From Desulfobacterales bacterium (lineage in GTDB: Bacteria; Desulfobacterota; Desulfobacteria; Desulfobacterales; UBA2174): a stretch of 64,000 nucleotides of DNA. The translations under genes and the position numbers were made by a program. The DNA is taken from contig CAXXWC010000021.1 of NCBI GenBank assembly GCA_963668645.2, forward strand, positions 1,504,001 through 1,568,000, read 5' to 3'. This document shows, in pieces, positions 40,130 through 47,551 of the stretch (position 1 is the stretch's first letter; each line of letters begins with the position of its first letter). Below the pieces are notes generated by a model that saw only the letters and a list, made by a program, of their open reading frames with translations, was not told the DNA's origin and made no database searches.

Positions 40130-40747
40130 TCAAGCTTCAGGGCCACCACCGTTCGCCCCCGCTCCGATCCCGCGCAGAAACAGGTCCACCAGTGGGTCGG
40201 CCATGGCGGTCAGGTCGTAACGCCCGCCGGAATGCAGCCAGGTATTGATCACCTCGTCCACCGCACCCAAGATGAAACGTTTGACCAGCCCCAGATAGAG
40301 ATCCTTGCGCAGGGCTCCCTCCTGTTGGCCCAATTCCACGATCTCGGAGACGATATCCAGGTACATCTTGGCCATCTCCTTGATTTGCGGTTCGGCCACT
40401 CGCTGAAACTGGTGGGTCCAGACCTGGTAGACCGCCGCCATGTGAATGTCGGCCTGAAAAGCCTCCAGGTGATGGTGGATCAGGGCGTGCAGTTTGGCTT
40501 CGGCGCCTTCGGCCTGGCGCACCGCTTCCCGGAAATTGTCGAAAACCAAACGTGTCTTGGAGTTGAAAAAATGGACCAGGATATCGTCTTTATTCTTGAA
40601 ATACAGATATATGGTTCCATCCGCGACCCCGGCCTGACGGGCAATCTGCGAGATGGTGGACCGATGGAATCCCTTCTCGGCGAAGACCTTGATGGCTGCG
40701 TCCAGAATGCGGTCGTACTTATCGTTGTTGCGCGCCTTGTTGGCGAT
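40130..40747 (-). CDS. fadR: TetR family repressor, FadR(YsiA)-like; probable ATC start
   Basis: KYDRILDAAIKVFAEKGF...IARQAGVADGTIYLYFKNKDDIL; GGAGG at 40754-40758 precedes in-frame ATC ATC. The ORF track start (ATG 40798) lies within the operator. Confidence 0.85.
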   Translation of the reverse strand: MANKARNNDKYDRILDAAIKVFAEKGFHRSTISQIARQAGVADGTIYLYFKNKDDILVHFFNSKTRLVFDNFREAVRQAEGAEAKLHALIHHHLEAFQADIHMAAVYQVWTHQFQRVAEPQIKEMAKMYLDIVSEIVELGQQEGALRKDLYLGLVKRFILGAVDEVINTWLHSGGRYDLTAMADPLVDLFLRGIGAGANGGGPEA

Positions 40748-40782
40748 GATGCACCTCCCGTTGCCTTGCAGACAACCCCAAT

Positions 40783-40827
40783 ATGAATGAACGCTCATTC
40801 ATTACCAACCCGCATGCCACTTGTCAA
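40783..40827 (-). promoter_or_regulatory. fadR promoter with an overlapping perfect operator palindrome
   Basis: ATGAATGA-ACGC-TCATTCAT at 40783-40802; minus-strand TTGACA at 40827-40822 with GGTAAT/TAATGA 15-17 nt downstream. Confidence 0.8.
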
Positions 40828-40955
40828 GCCCCAAAATTGACTTTAAATATTAGTACCAACACCGGTCGAGGATGCTTTTAACAACCTAAAATGAAATGAA
40901 ATATGGAAAATGGCGGAAAATCTTGACGACAGAGCCTGAAGGCCGACAAAGAGAA

Positions 40956-40975
40956 GTGAATTTACATTCATTCAC
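40956..40975. promoter_or_regulatory. Second, degenerate FadR-like operator
   Basis: GTGAATTT-ACAT-TCATTCAC. Confidence 0.6.
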
Positions 40976-40983
40976 AGGAAAGA

Positions 40984-41028
40984 CAAAAAAACCCCAGGTC
41001 GCGTGTAACGCAATCCGGGGTCTTTTTG
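40984..41028 (-). terminator. Terminator downstream of porin 1
   Basis: AAAAAAACCCCAGGTCGCG...CGCAATCCGGGGTCTTTTT imperfect hairpin with A and T tracts. Confidence 0.6.
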
Positions 41029-41062
41029 AAACCAGCCTAAAGCCGTCGGCGCGACGCCGGGC

Positions 41063-42703
41063 TCAGAAACTGATGGTCAAAGCGTTGTAAAAGGTCGTCA
41101 GGTCGTCGATCTTGGCAGAAGGATTCCCCTGTTTCCAGAAATCACCGGCCTCAAGATAGGCGGCAATGAACTTGTACTCCAGGTTCTCCCAGGGCTTCCA
41201 GACAACCTTGAAGTCGAACTCGTTGCCCACGTCGTCGTCCCATTCGGCGGTCGCCGTGGAATAGATTTTGGGTCCCGGCGGCTTATCGCACTTGGCGTTG
41301 GCCCAGGTCAACCCCACGGTGAGGGTGTCCATGAGCTTGTAGTCGAAGCCGAGATAGAACATCTTGGCACCGGCCAGGGCCAGGGCTCCGGCGTAAGGAC
41401 TAGAGGCCAGCGGATCCTGGGAGTTGCCGGCGAAGTTGCCGATCCCGCCGCCCAGAGAATCGGTCAAATCGGCGGTGTAGTGATCATTGTCGCCGGTGAG
41501 CAGGAAAGCGATATCCACGTCCTTGTTGGGCTCGATGTAGGCCAATGCTTCATGCTTGTCATCGGTGGTGTCATTGTCGCCGGACAAGAACCAGTAACCG
41601 CCGTTGAAGGTGAGCGGACCAATCTCGTATTCGGCTTGGAGCAGGTAGGAATAGGCCTGCACATCCAGATCCTGCGCAGTTCCGTCAAAGTCCGCATCAC
41701 CAAACGCATAGACCAGTTCCCCTTTGAACGTGAACCCGCCGAACTTGGCGATGAAATAGGGATCGGCGACATGCGCCTGGGCGGAATTGGAGTAGGTCAG
41801 CCCCGAAGCCGCTGCGGCTGCGGCATTGGCGTAAGCTGTCTGGGTAGCCATATAGGCATTGTAGACGGTCGGCATGTTCGGGTAGCCAACATATGCCAAG
41901 GTGCCGTTGATGGTGGCACCTACGGTCCCGGTCGGGTTGGCAATAGCCTCATCTAAATTGGCTTGGGTAACGCCCAGAGCCGAGGCGTAAGCCGCCCGCG
42001 TGGCGTCGTAGGTCACCTGGCCGGTGGTGGCCGCAGCCCCCGCAGATTTGTAAGCCTGAACACGGTTACGGTAGCTAATCATATCCCGCATGGCCGGAAA
42101 CTGCTTGAAATTGTAAAAGGCGTGCAAGTACCCCAATTCGAAGTTTTCACCCTGATACTTGACCAGGGCCACGTACTTGTCGTTGTCCGCGTCTGAATAG
42201 TCCGATCCCTCGTCGTTCTCAGAGTATTTTTGGGCATAGGCAACGAAGGTGAAATTTTCGATGGGCAGCAAATAGAGAATACGGTCCACCGGGCCGGTGG
42301 AATCGCCGATACCCAGCCCCCACTGGCTGTTCCACTGGCGCCCGACCAGGATCCCGCCGAAATCGGTTTTGATCGTGGCATAGGCGGTGTCCCAATCGAT
42401 GTTGTCGTCCGCCTCTACGCTGGTTCCGTCGGGATTCATATCATCCGGCTTGCCCCAGTACTTGTCCAGCGCGTCGAACTGGCCGGTGACACTGATTCGC
42501 TCGGTGATCTCGAATGTAGATTTGAGCCGGAAGCGGCTCCGGTAATAGGATGCCGTGCCCCCATCGTCCACCAAGTCGACGTTGTCGTGGCTGAATCCCT
42601 GCATACGCAGTTCGCCCGAAAACTTGGCTTCCAGAGCCGACGCCGGCATGGCGATGAGCATCGCCATGCCTGCAACGGCCGCCACAAGCAGCAATTTCTT
42701 CAT
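41063..42703 (-). CDS. Outer-membrane beta-barrel protein / porin 1
   Basis: Signal peptide ending ASA, alternating beta-strand pattern, C-terminal YNALTISF (BAM signal); AGGAGG RBS. Confidence 0.85.
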   Translation of the reverse strand: MKKLLLVAAVAGMAMLIAMPASALEAKFSGELRMQGFSHDNVDLVDDGGTASYYRSRFRLKSTFEITERISVTGQFDALDKYWGKPDDMNPDGTSVEADDNIDWDTAYATIKTDFGGILVGRQWNSQWGLGIGDSTGPVDRILYLLPIENFTFVAYAQKYSENDEGSDYSDADNDKYVALVKYQGENFELGYLHAFYNFKQFPAMRDMISYRNRVQAYKSAGAAATTGQVTYDATRAAYASALGVTQANLDEAIANPTGTVGATINGTLAYVGYPNMPTVYNAYMATQTAYANAAAAAASGLTYSNSAQAHVADPYFIAKFGGFTFKGELVYAFGDADFDGTAQDLDVQAYSYLLQAEYEIGPLTFNGGYWFLSGDNDTTDDKHEALAYIEPNKDVDIAFLLTGDNDHYTADLTDSLGGGIGNFAGNSQDPLASSPYAGALALAGAKMFYLGFDYKLMDTLTVGLTWANAKCDKPPGPKIYSTATAEWDDDVGNEFDFKVVWKPWENLEYKFIAAYLEAGDFWKQGNPSAKIDDLTTFYNALTISF

Positions 42704-42794
42704 CGTTTTTCTCCTCCTTCCAGTCAGTTTTCCCCCAACACATCATCGATCAGCAAGACTTCACAACTCACGCCGATGGTGCAACTTCAGCGAA

Positions 42795-42806
42795 TCACCT
42801 CCTTTC
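42795..42806 (-). promoter_or_regulatory. Untranslated extended Shine-Dalgarno-like motif in the porin 1 leader
   Basis: GAAAGGAGGTGA about 92 nt upstream of ATG 42703, with no ATG following. Confidence 0.6.
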
Positions 42807-42862
42807 TAAACCAAACACGAAAAAATCCGCTTGATTCGATTTTCGATCGCGGCTCGAAACAA

Positions 42863-44530
42863 CTACGGACGATAGGTCACCACATAACTTTCCCCCGCCT
42901 CTAGAAAGCCCCCGCTAGTAGAGACGACGAAAATCACCTGGGACCTGCCGTCGCCGCTAAGATCGGCCACTGCAGTGTCCACCACGAAGTCGGTCACCAC
43001 GTCGGTGGCCCATTTCTCCTTCATGGCGATCTTTTCCCAACCCAGGCCCACCACCTGGCCTTTAGAGAAGCTTCTATAGCGCGATAGCAGACTACGTGCG
43101 GCGTCTTCGTTGCGCGCCGTCACGATTTCCATTTTCCCGTCGCCGTCCAGGTCGGCCAGATGCACGCGCAAAGGCAGATAGAAACGGTCGGCATGGCTGA
43201 ACTGGGAAGAGGAACTGTATTCGAGGTAGTTCAAACTGCCGCCGAAGGCACCGGCGCTCTTGTATTCTCGCCGGCCGTCGTCGCCGATGACCACCAAGTA
43301 GTTCTTGGCATCAAAACCTACGATCAGTTGGCGGCCGTCGTTGAGCGCGTCTCCTACCGAAAAGCCGAAAACGCTCGTACCTTCCGGCAACGGAATGCGA
43401 TCTCCCTCCACCAGGCGATCCCCGCGCCAGACCAATTCCACGACACCGCCGCGGAAAAGACGGTTCTGGTCTTCGAGTTCCGGCACACCGGTGGTCTCGA
43501 CCAGCCCGCGTTGTTGTCCCACCAGGCGTTTGGCGCCGTTTGCAGAATCGATCACGCGAAAGTACCAATTAAAATCCCTGGCGATCCTGCGCAGCCGCGA
43601 ACCGTCCCACTCCAGCACGAAAGAGGCCAACCGGCCGCCGCCCATGGCCGTCACATAGATTTCGGCCTTGCTGTCAAGGTTGATATCGGCCGCGTCCACT
43701 CCTATAAGGCGATCGCCTTGGTCAGCCTTGTAAATCGCCAGCTGGACCAGGTTGTCCTCTTCAAGGCGATAGACGAAGATAGTCGCGCTGTCGATGACCA
43801 CAACTTCGCTGCGCCCGTCTCCGTTGACATCACCGGCGGTAAGACCGCAAAGCGCCGCAGCGATCCGATTGCTCTTCCATATCTGCGGTTCTTCTTCCAC
43901 CGGTGCGGCGGCGATCCGGGCCACAGGCGCTGCACCGGCTGCAACCGCCGGCGCCTCCAGCCCCTTCCCGCCGACCGGCATCGGCACTGCGGCCCGGGCT
44001 GCCTTAGGCGCAGCTGTGATCGGTGCCGGTTTTCCCGCCTGCTCTTCATGGGGTTTTGCGCCCAGTCCGAAAATATCCCGGTTCACGAGTTGAGCGAAGC
44101 GATCGATATGCCGGATCACGTCCCCGCTGTCGGTCCCCGACTCGCTGAAACGCACCAGGGCCTTGCCGGATGCAACATCAATGAGAACGGCGTCGGTGCT
44201 CACGCTGCTGCCGAAAAAGGTCAGACTGCCTGCGACCACATAGTCGGCCCCCTGGGCCGCTCCCATTTTCAGCGCCTCTGCCTCGCCTGCCGCCGGCTGG
44301 TCCGACCGAACCACCTCTGATCGTCCATCGTGGGTCAAACGGGCGCGCAACATCGCCTGGATACCGTTATTAAGAAAGGAAAGATCTCTTTCTGCGTGGA
44401 TCTCAAACGGCAGCGTCAGCAGACGGCTGGGCGAAGCCGCCAGAACGGGTATAGCCGATGAGACAACCACGGCAACAATTGCAAAAAGCAGCCCCCCAAA
44501 GACAGCCAAACGTCTGGATCGCATCAACAC
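42863..44530 (-). CDS. Exported protein: TolB-N/CsgG-like domain, Ala/Pro linker and FG-GAP (VCBS) repeats
   Basis: Signal peptide; LPFEIHA...GIQAMLRARL...ADYVVAGSLT; repeats GDVNGDGRSEVV, ADLDGDGKMEIV and ADLSGDGRSQV. Confidence 0.85.
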   Translation of the reverse strand: MLMRSRRLAVFGGLLFAIVAVVVSSAIPVLAASPSRLLTLPFEIHAERDLSFLNNGIQAMLRARLTHDGRSEVVRSDQPAAGEAEALKMGAAQGADYVVAGSLTFFGSSVSTDAVLIDVASGKALVRFSESGTDSGDVIRHIDRFAQLVNRDIFGLGAKPHEEQAGKPAPITAAPKAARAAVPMPVGGKGLEAPAVAAGAAPVARIAAAPVEEEPQIWKSNRIAAALCGLTAGDVNGDGRSEVVVIDSATIFVYRLEEDNLVQLAIYKADQGDRLIGVDAADINLDSKAEIYVTAMGGGRLASFVLEWDGSRLRRIARDFNWYFRVIDSANGAKRLVGQQRGLVETTGVPELEDQNRLFRGGVVELVWRGDRLVEGDRIPLPEGTSVFGFSVGDALNDGRQLIVGFDAKNYLVVIGDDGRREYKSAGAFGGSLNYLEYSSSSQFSHADRFYLPLRVHLADLDGDGKMEIVTARNEDAARSLLSRYRSFSKGQVVGLGWEKIAMKEKWATDVVTDFVVDTAVADLSGDGRSQVIFVVSTSGGFLEAGESYVVTYRP

Positions 44531-44750
44531 AACCCCCCTCTACGGAGCGCTCGTTAGCGCCCAACGGTCCGCAGCCAAAAATCTGAATAAAGGTCAGGGC
44601 ACAAAATTTAACGATTAGAAAAAGAATGTCTCAAGCGAATTGACAGGCGTTTATAACATGAACTCGGATATGGGGGAAAGTAAAATCTCCGGCCAAAAGA
44701 GAAATTTTATCTTTTCGGCCGTTTAGAGGCATCTTCGCCAGAAAAAAAGC

Positions 44751-44779
44751 TTGACACTCTAGGGGCATCCAGATATAGA
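44751..44779 (+). promoter_or_regulatory. Putative sigma70 promoter of porin 2
   Basis: TTGACA-N17-TATAGA. Confidence 0.6.
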
Positions 44780-44841
44780 GCGGCAAAATATTCGGGCTTT
44801 CATGCATCGGCGCGGGAAGCCCGGAGTGCTGCAAGGTTGCG

Positions 44842-44853
44842 GAAAGGAGGTGA
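44842..44853 (+). promoter_or_regulatory. Untranslated extended Shine-Dalgarno-like motif in the porin 2 leader
   Basis: GAAAGGAGGTGA about 95 nt upstream of ATG 44948, with no ATG following. Confidence 0.6.
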
Positions 44854-44947
44854 ATAGCCGGCCAGACAAGCAATCTTCGGCAACCCCAAAAGATGATGAT
44901 TGGTTCTATTCTTTTTTAAAAACGGACTCCCAAGGAGGAAGACACAG

Positions 44948-46000
44948 ATGAAAAAATTACTCATTGTTTTCGCCGTTCTTTGCCTGGTGGCGACCCCGGC
45001 CATGGCCGCTGAGTGGAACTTTTATGGCAGCGCGCGTTTTGCCACCTGGACCGTCGATAAAGACAGCGACGTAGCCGGTGTTGATAGCGACAGAGACACC
45101 ATCTGGAACCAGCAGGGCAACAGCCGGATCGGCGCTACGGTGAAGTTCAACGACGAAATCGGCGGCGGCTTCGAGATGAACGATTCCTTTGGCAAACGCA
45201 AGCTCTACGGCACCTACAATTTCGGCGCCGGTAAACTGCTCATCGGCCAGGACTATACGCCGAGCACCTTTTTTTATTCCAACTCGGTATACGACGGTGA
45301 CGGTGACCTGCTCGGCGTCGGCCAGTTCTACGTCGGCCGTCGCCAGATGATCCAGTTGACCTTCGGCGACCTGAAGCTGGCCTTCATTCAGCCGGAAGCC
45401 ATTGATTACACCGGTTTCGACACCGACACCACCCTTCCCAAGATCGAAGTTTGCTACGGCTTCAAGACCGACATGTTCTTCGTGGACGTTTTCGCCGGCT
45501 ACCAGACCTATGAGCTGGATGCGACATCCGCCGATGAAGATGTGGACGCCTACGTGGTCGGCCTCGGCGGCGGTGTGAACATTGGTCCGGCTTACATCAA
45601 GGCAATGGGACATTTCGGCCAGAACTTCGGCAACTACAGTGCGTATAACGTGGGTTACAACGGCACAGTGCCGACACTTCGCGATGAAGCCACCTTCGTC
45701 TCCGGCAAACTCGAAGACGTCGATGGCTGGGGTGCCCTGGCTGTGGTGGGTTTCAAGGTCAACGACATGCTCACTGTGGAAGCCGGTTACGGCTACGAGG
45801 AAGCCGATCTGGACAACTCCGGTCGCGACGAAGACTGGGTTGAGCAGTACTACCTCAATGCCACCATCAACATCACCAAGGGCTTCTTCATCGTTCCGGA
45901 AATTGGTTTGATCCAGGGCGAGCGCGGTCAGGCTCCGGGCGTTGCCACCAACGAACCGGATGTCTTCTACATGGGTGCCAAGTGGCAGATCAACTTCTAA
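44948..46000 (+). CDS. Outer-membrane porin 2 (probably highly expressed)
   Basis: MKKLL...PAMA signal peptide, WNFYGSAR, C-terminal MGAKWQINF, strongly biased codons, AAGGAGG RBS. Confidence 0.9.
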   Translation: MKKLLIVFAVLCLVATPAMAAEWNFYGSARFATWTVDKDSDVAGVDSDRDTIWNQQGNSRIGATVKFNDEIGGGFEMNDSFGKRKLYGTYNFGAGKLLIGQDYTPSTFFYSNSVYDGDGDLLGVGQFYVGRRQMIQLTFGDLKLAFIQPEAIDYTGFDTDTTLPKIEVCYGFKTDMFFVDVFAGYQTYELDATSADEDVDAYVVGLGGGVNIGPAYIKAMGHFGQNFGNYSAYNVGYNGTVPTLRDEATFVSGKLEDVDGWGALAVVGFKVNDMLTVEAGYGYEEADLDNSGRDEDWVEQYYLNATINITKGFFIVPEIGLIQGERGQAPGVATNEPDVFYMGAKWQINF

Positions 46001-46046
46001 TCTGAGCCGGTTTTGTCAGTGCCAGATTAGTTTGTAGGTTTGTTTC

Positions 46047-46085
46047 AAAACAAAACCCGGGGCTTTTGCCCCGGGTTTTATTTTT
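46047..46085 (+). terminator. Intrinsic terminator after porin 2
   Basis: AAAACCCGGGGC-TTTT-GCCCCGGGTTTT followed by ATTTTT. Confidence 0.85.
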
Positions 46086-46209
46086 ATCTTCTTCCTTTTG
46101 GTAGCGGATGCCCCTTGTTCCGGCGCAAACCGCAACGCGTATTCCAACCGTCTCCTGCCGTTATTCCGCTATCCCCTTTCGGTCCATTCCTATCCACCCT
46201 CTATTCTCT

Positions 46210-46295
46210 GTCATTCCTGGCCCCCATTCTTAGTCATTCCGTTTCCTTTTCCCATCATTCCGTCCCCTTTTCCTGTCATTCCGGTCCCCTTTCCA
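46210..46295 (+). repeat. Tandem ~21-nt repeats of the REP-A 5' half
   Basis: RTCATTCC plus a pyrimidine tract at 46210, 46233, 46254 and 46275, leading into the full REP at 46296. Confidence 0.85.
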
Positions 46296-46426
46296 GTCAT
46301 TCCGGCGAAAGCCGGAATCCATGTTCATCAAAACAATACGGCGGGAAAGTCGGCAGGAATCTACTGAAAAATCTTCCGGAAACCCCAGATCCTCAACATG
46401 GCCCCTGGATCGAGTCCAGGGTGACG
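46296..46426. mobile_element. Non-autonomous CGTC-REP doublet (A-spacer-B), copy 1
   Basis: A = GTCATTCCGGCGAAAGCCGGAATCCAT (46296-46322); B = ATGGCCCCTGGATCGAGTCCAGGGTGACG (46398-46426). Confidence 0.75.
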
Positions 46427-46522
46427 GGTGCGGGGTGGAAGGCATGGACCTTGGATCGAATCCAGGATGACGGGTGCAGGGTGGAAGGCATGGACCTTGG
46501 ATCGAGTCTATGGTGAGGGGTG
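46398..46522 (+). repeat. Three tandem 46-nt units, each containing REP-B
   Basis: Units start at 46398, 46444 and 46490; linker GGTGC(G/A)GGGTGGAAGGC; progressive degeneration. Confidence 0.9.
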
Positions 46523-46582
46523 CCGAAGAAGATCGGATCGCTCAATCCGGCCGCCCTTTCTCGTCATTTCGGACCCCTTTCC

Positions 46583-47046
46583 CGTCATTTCGCCGAAAGC
46601 CGGAATCCATGTTCATCTGAGAATCTTGGGATAAAGATCCTCCCATTGCGGGTTGAGCCCCTCGATCAACTCAATTTTCCAAAGCCGTTTCCAGCTCTTG
46701 AGCCTTTTCTCGCGTTCAATGGCCGAGCGCATTTCATTGTGAAGCTCATACCAGACAAGATCGTGCACACCATAACGCTTGGAAAATCCTTCGACCTGAT
46801 CATTTTTATGTTCCCACACCCGCTTGACCAGATTCCAGGTCACGCCGATGTACAAGGTACCCCGTGGTTTGCTGGCCAGGATGTAGATGGCCGGCTGGCG
46901 CATCGGCTTGTCCTGGATTAAGAAAGGGAGCGTATGGCTGGGATTGCCGTCATTTCGACGGAAGCTGAAGCCATATTCCCAACGTCAGGCCTACAAAGGA
47001 ACTATGGCTTTATAAAAATGGACCCTGGATCGAGTCCAGGGTGACG
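46583..47046. mobile_element. Candidate autonomous element: REP-A, GIY-YIG gene, REP-B
   Basis: A at 46583-46610 abuts the nuclease stop codon; perfect B at 47018-47046; ends read CGTCA...TGACG. Confidence 0.65.
46613..46903 (-). CDS. Stand-alone GIY-YIG nuclease
   Basis: 96 aa: PAIYILAS...TLYIGVT.NL..RV.EHK...AIEREKRLK.W.R.WK..LIE..NP.W; catalytic Tyr/Arg/Glu pattern intact; AGGA RBS. Confidence 0.95.
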   Translation of the reverse strand: MRQPAIYILASKPRGTLYIGVTWNLVKRVWEHKNDQVEGFSKRYGVHDLVWYELHNEMRSAIEREKRLKSWKRLWKIELIEGLNPQWEDLYPKILR

Positions 47047-47058
47047 GGTGCAAGATTC

Positions 47059-47378
47059 ATGGACTCTGGATCAAGTCCGTGATGAAGTATCTATTCCCCC
47101 CCGTCATTCCTGCGAAAGCAGGAATCCATGTTGATCGAAACGACACGGCGGAAGCTGGGCCGTGAATCTGATGGAAACCTTCCGGGAATTTCATAGCTTC
47201 TCAAAATGAACTTTGGATCAAGTCCGTGATGAAGTATCTATTCCCCCCGTCATTCCTGCGAAAGCAGGAATCCATGTTAATCGAAACGGCACGGCGGAAG
47301 CTGGGCCGGAATCTGATGGGAACCTTCCGGGAATTTCAAGCTTCTCAAAATGGGCTCTGGGTCAAGTCCGGGGTGACG
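47059..47378. mobile_element. Two tandem non-autonomous CGTC-REP doublets (~146-nt period)
   Basis: B' 47059-47087, A 47102-47129, B' 47206-47234, A 47248-47275, B 47350-47378; near-identical spacers. Confidence 0.8.
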
Positions 47379-47499
47379 ACGGTAGGTGGCATAGTTCCCA
47401 GGTCCATCAATATCACAATTCTTTCGTCAATCCGTCCCCTTACCTCGCTCCTGCCTTCCTTTCCGCCGTTCCTGCCTCCCCCTCTACCTCCCCACTCTC

Positions 47500-47549
47500 C
47501 GCCATTCCGGCCCCCATTCTCCGGCATTCCGGCGAAAGCAGGAACCCAT
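47500..47549 (+). repeat. Degenerate half-site plus REP-A next to the FG-GAP stop codon
   Basis: CGCCATTCCGGCCCCCATTCTC followed by CGGCATTCCGGCGAAAGCAGGAACCCAT (47522-47549). Confidence 0.8.
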
Positions 47550-47551
47550 TT

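Noticed and set aside
40748..40798. ATG 40798 as the TetR start
   Set aside because: It lies inside the operator and -10 region, has no SD and yields a non-TetR extension; the SD points to ATC 40747.
46040..46516. 158-aa ORF (also 46520-46921, 47213-47791 and 47226-47930)
   Set aside because: These are translations of the REP repeats (SHSGESRNP / VIPAKAGIH) or antisense shadows of real genes, with no convincing RBS or domain.
46296..47378. CRISPR array interpretation of the ~29-nt palindromic repeats
   Set aside because: Two repeat types alternate in opposite orientations, the spacers are homologous rather than unique, spacing is irregular, and there are no cas genes in the window.
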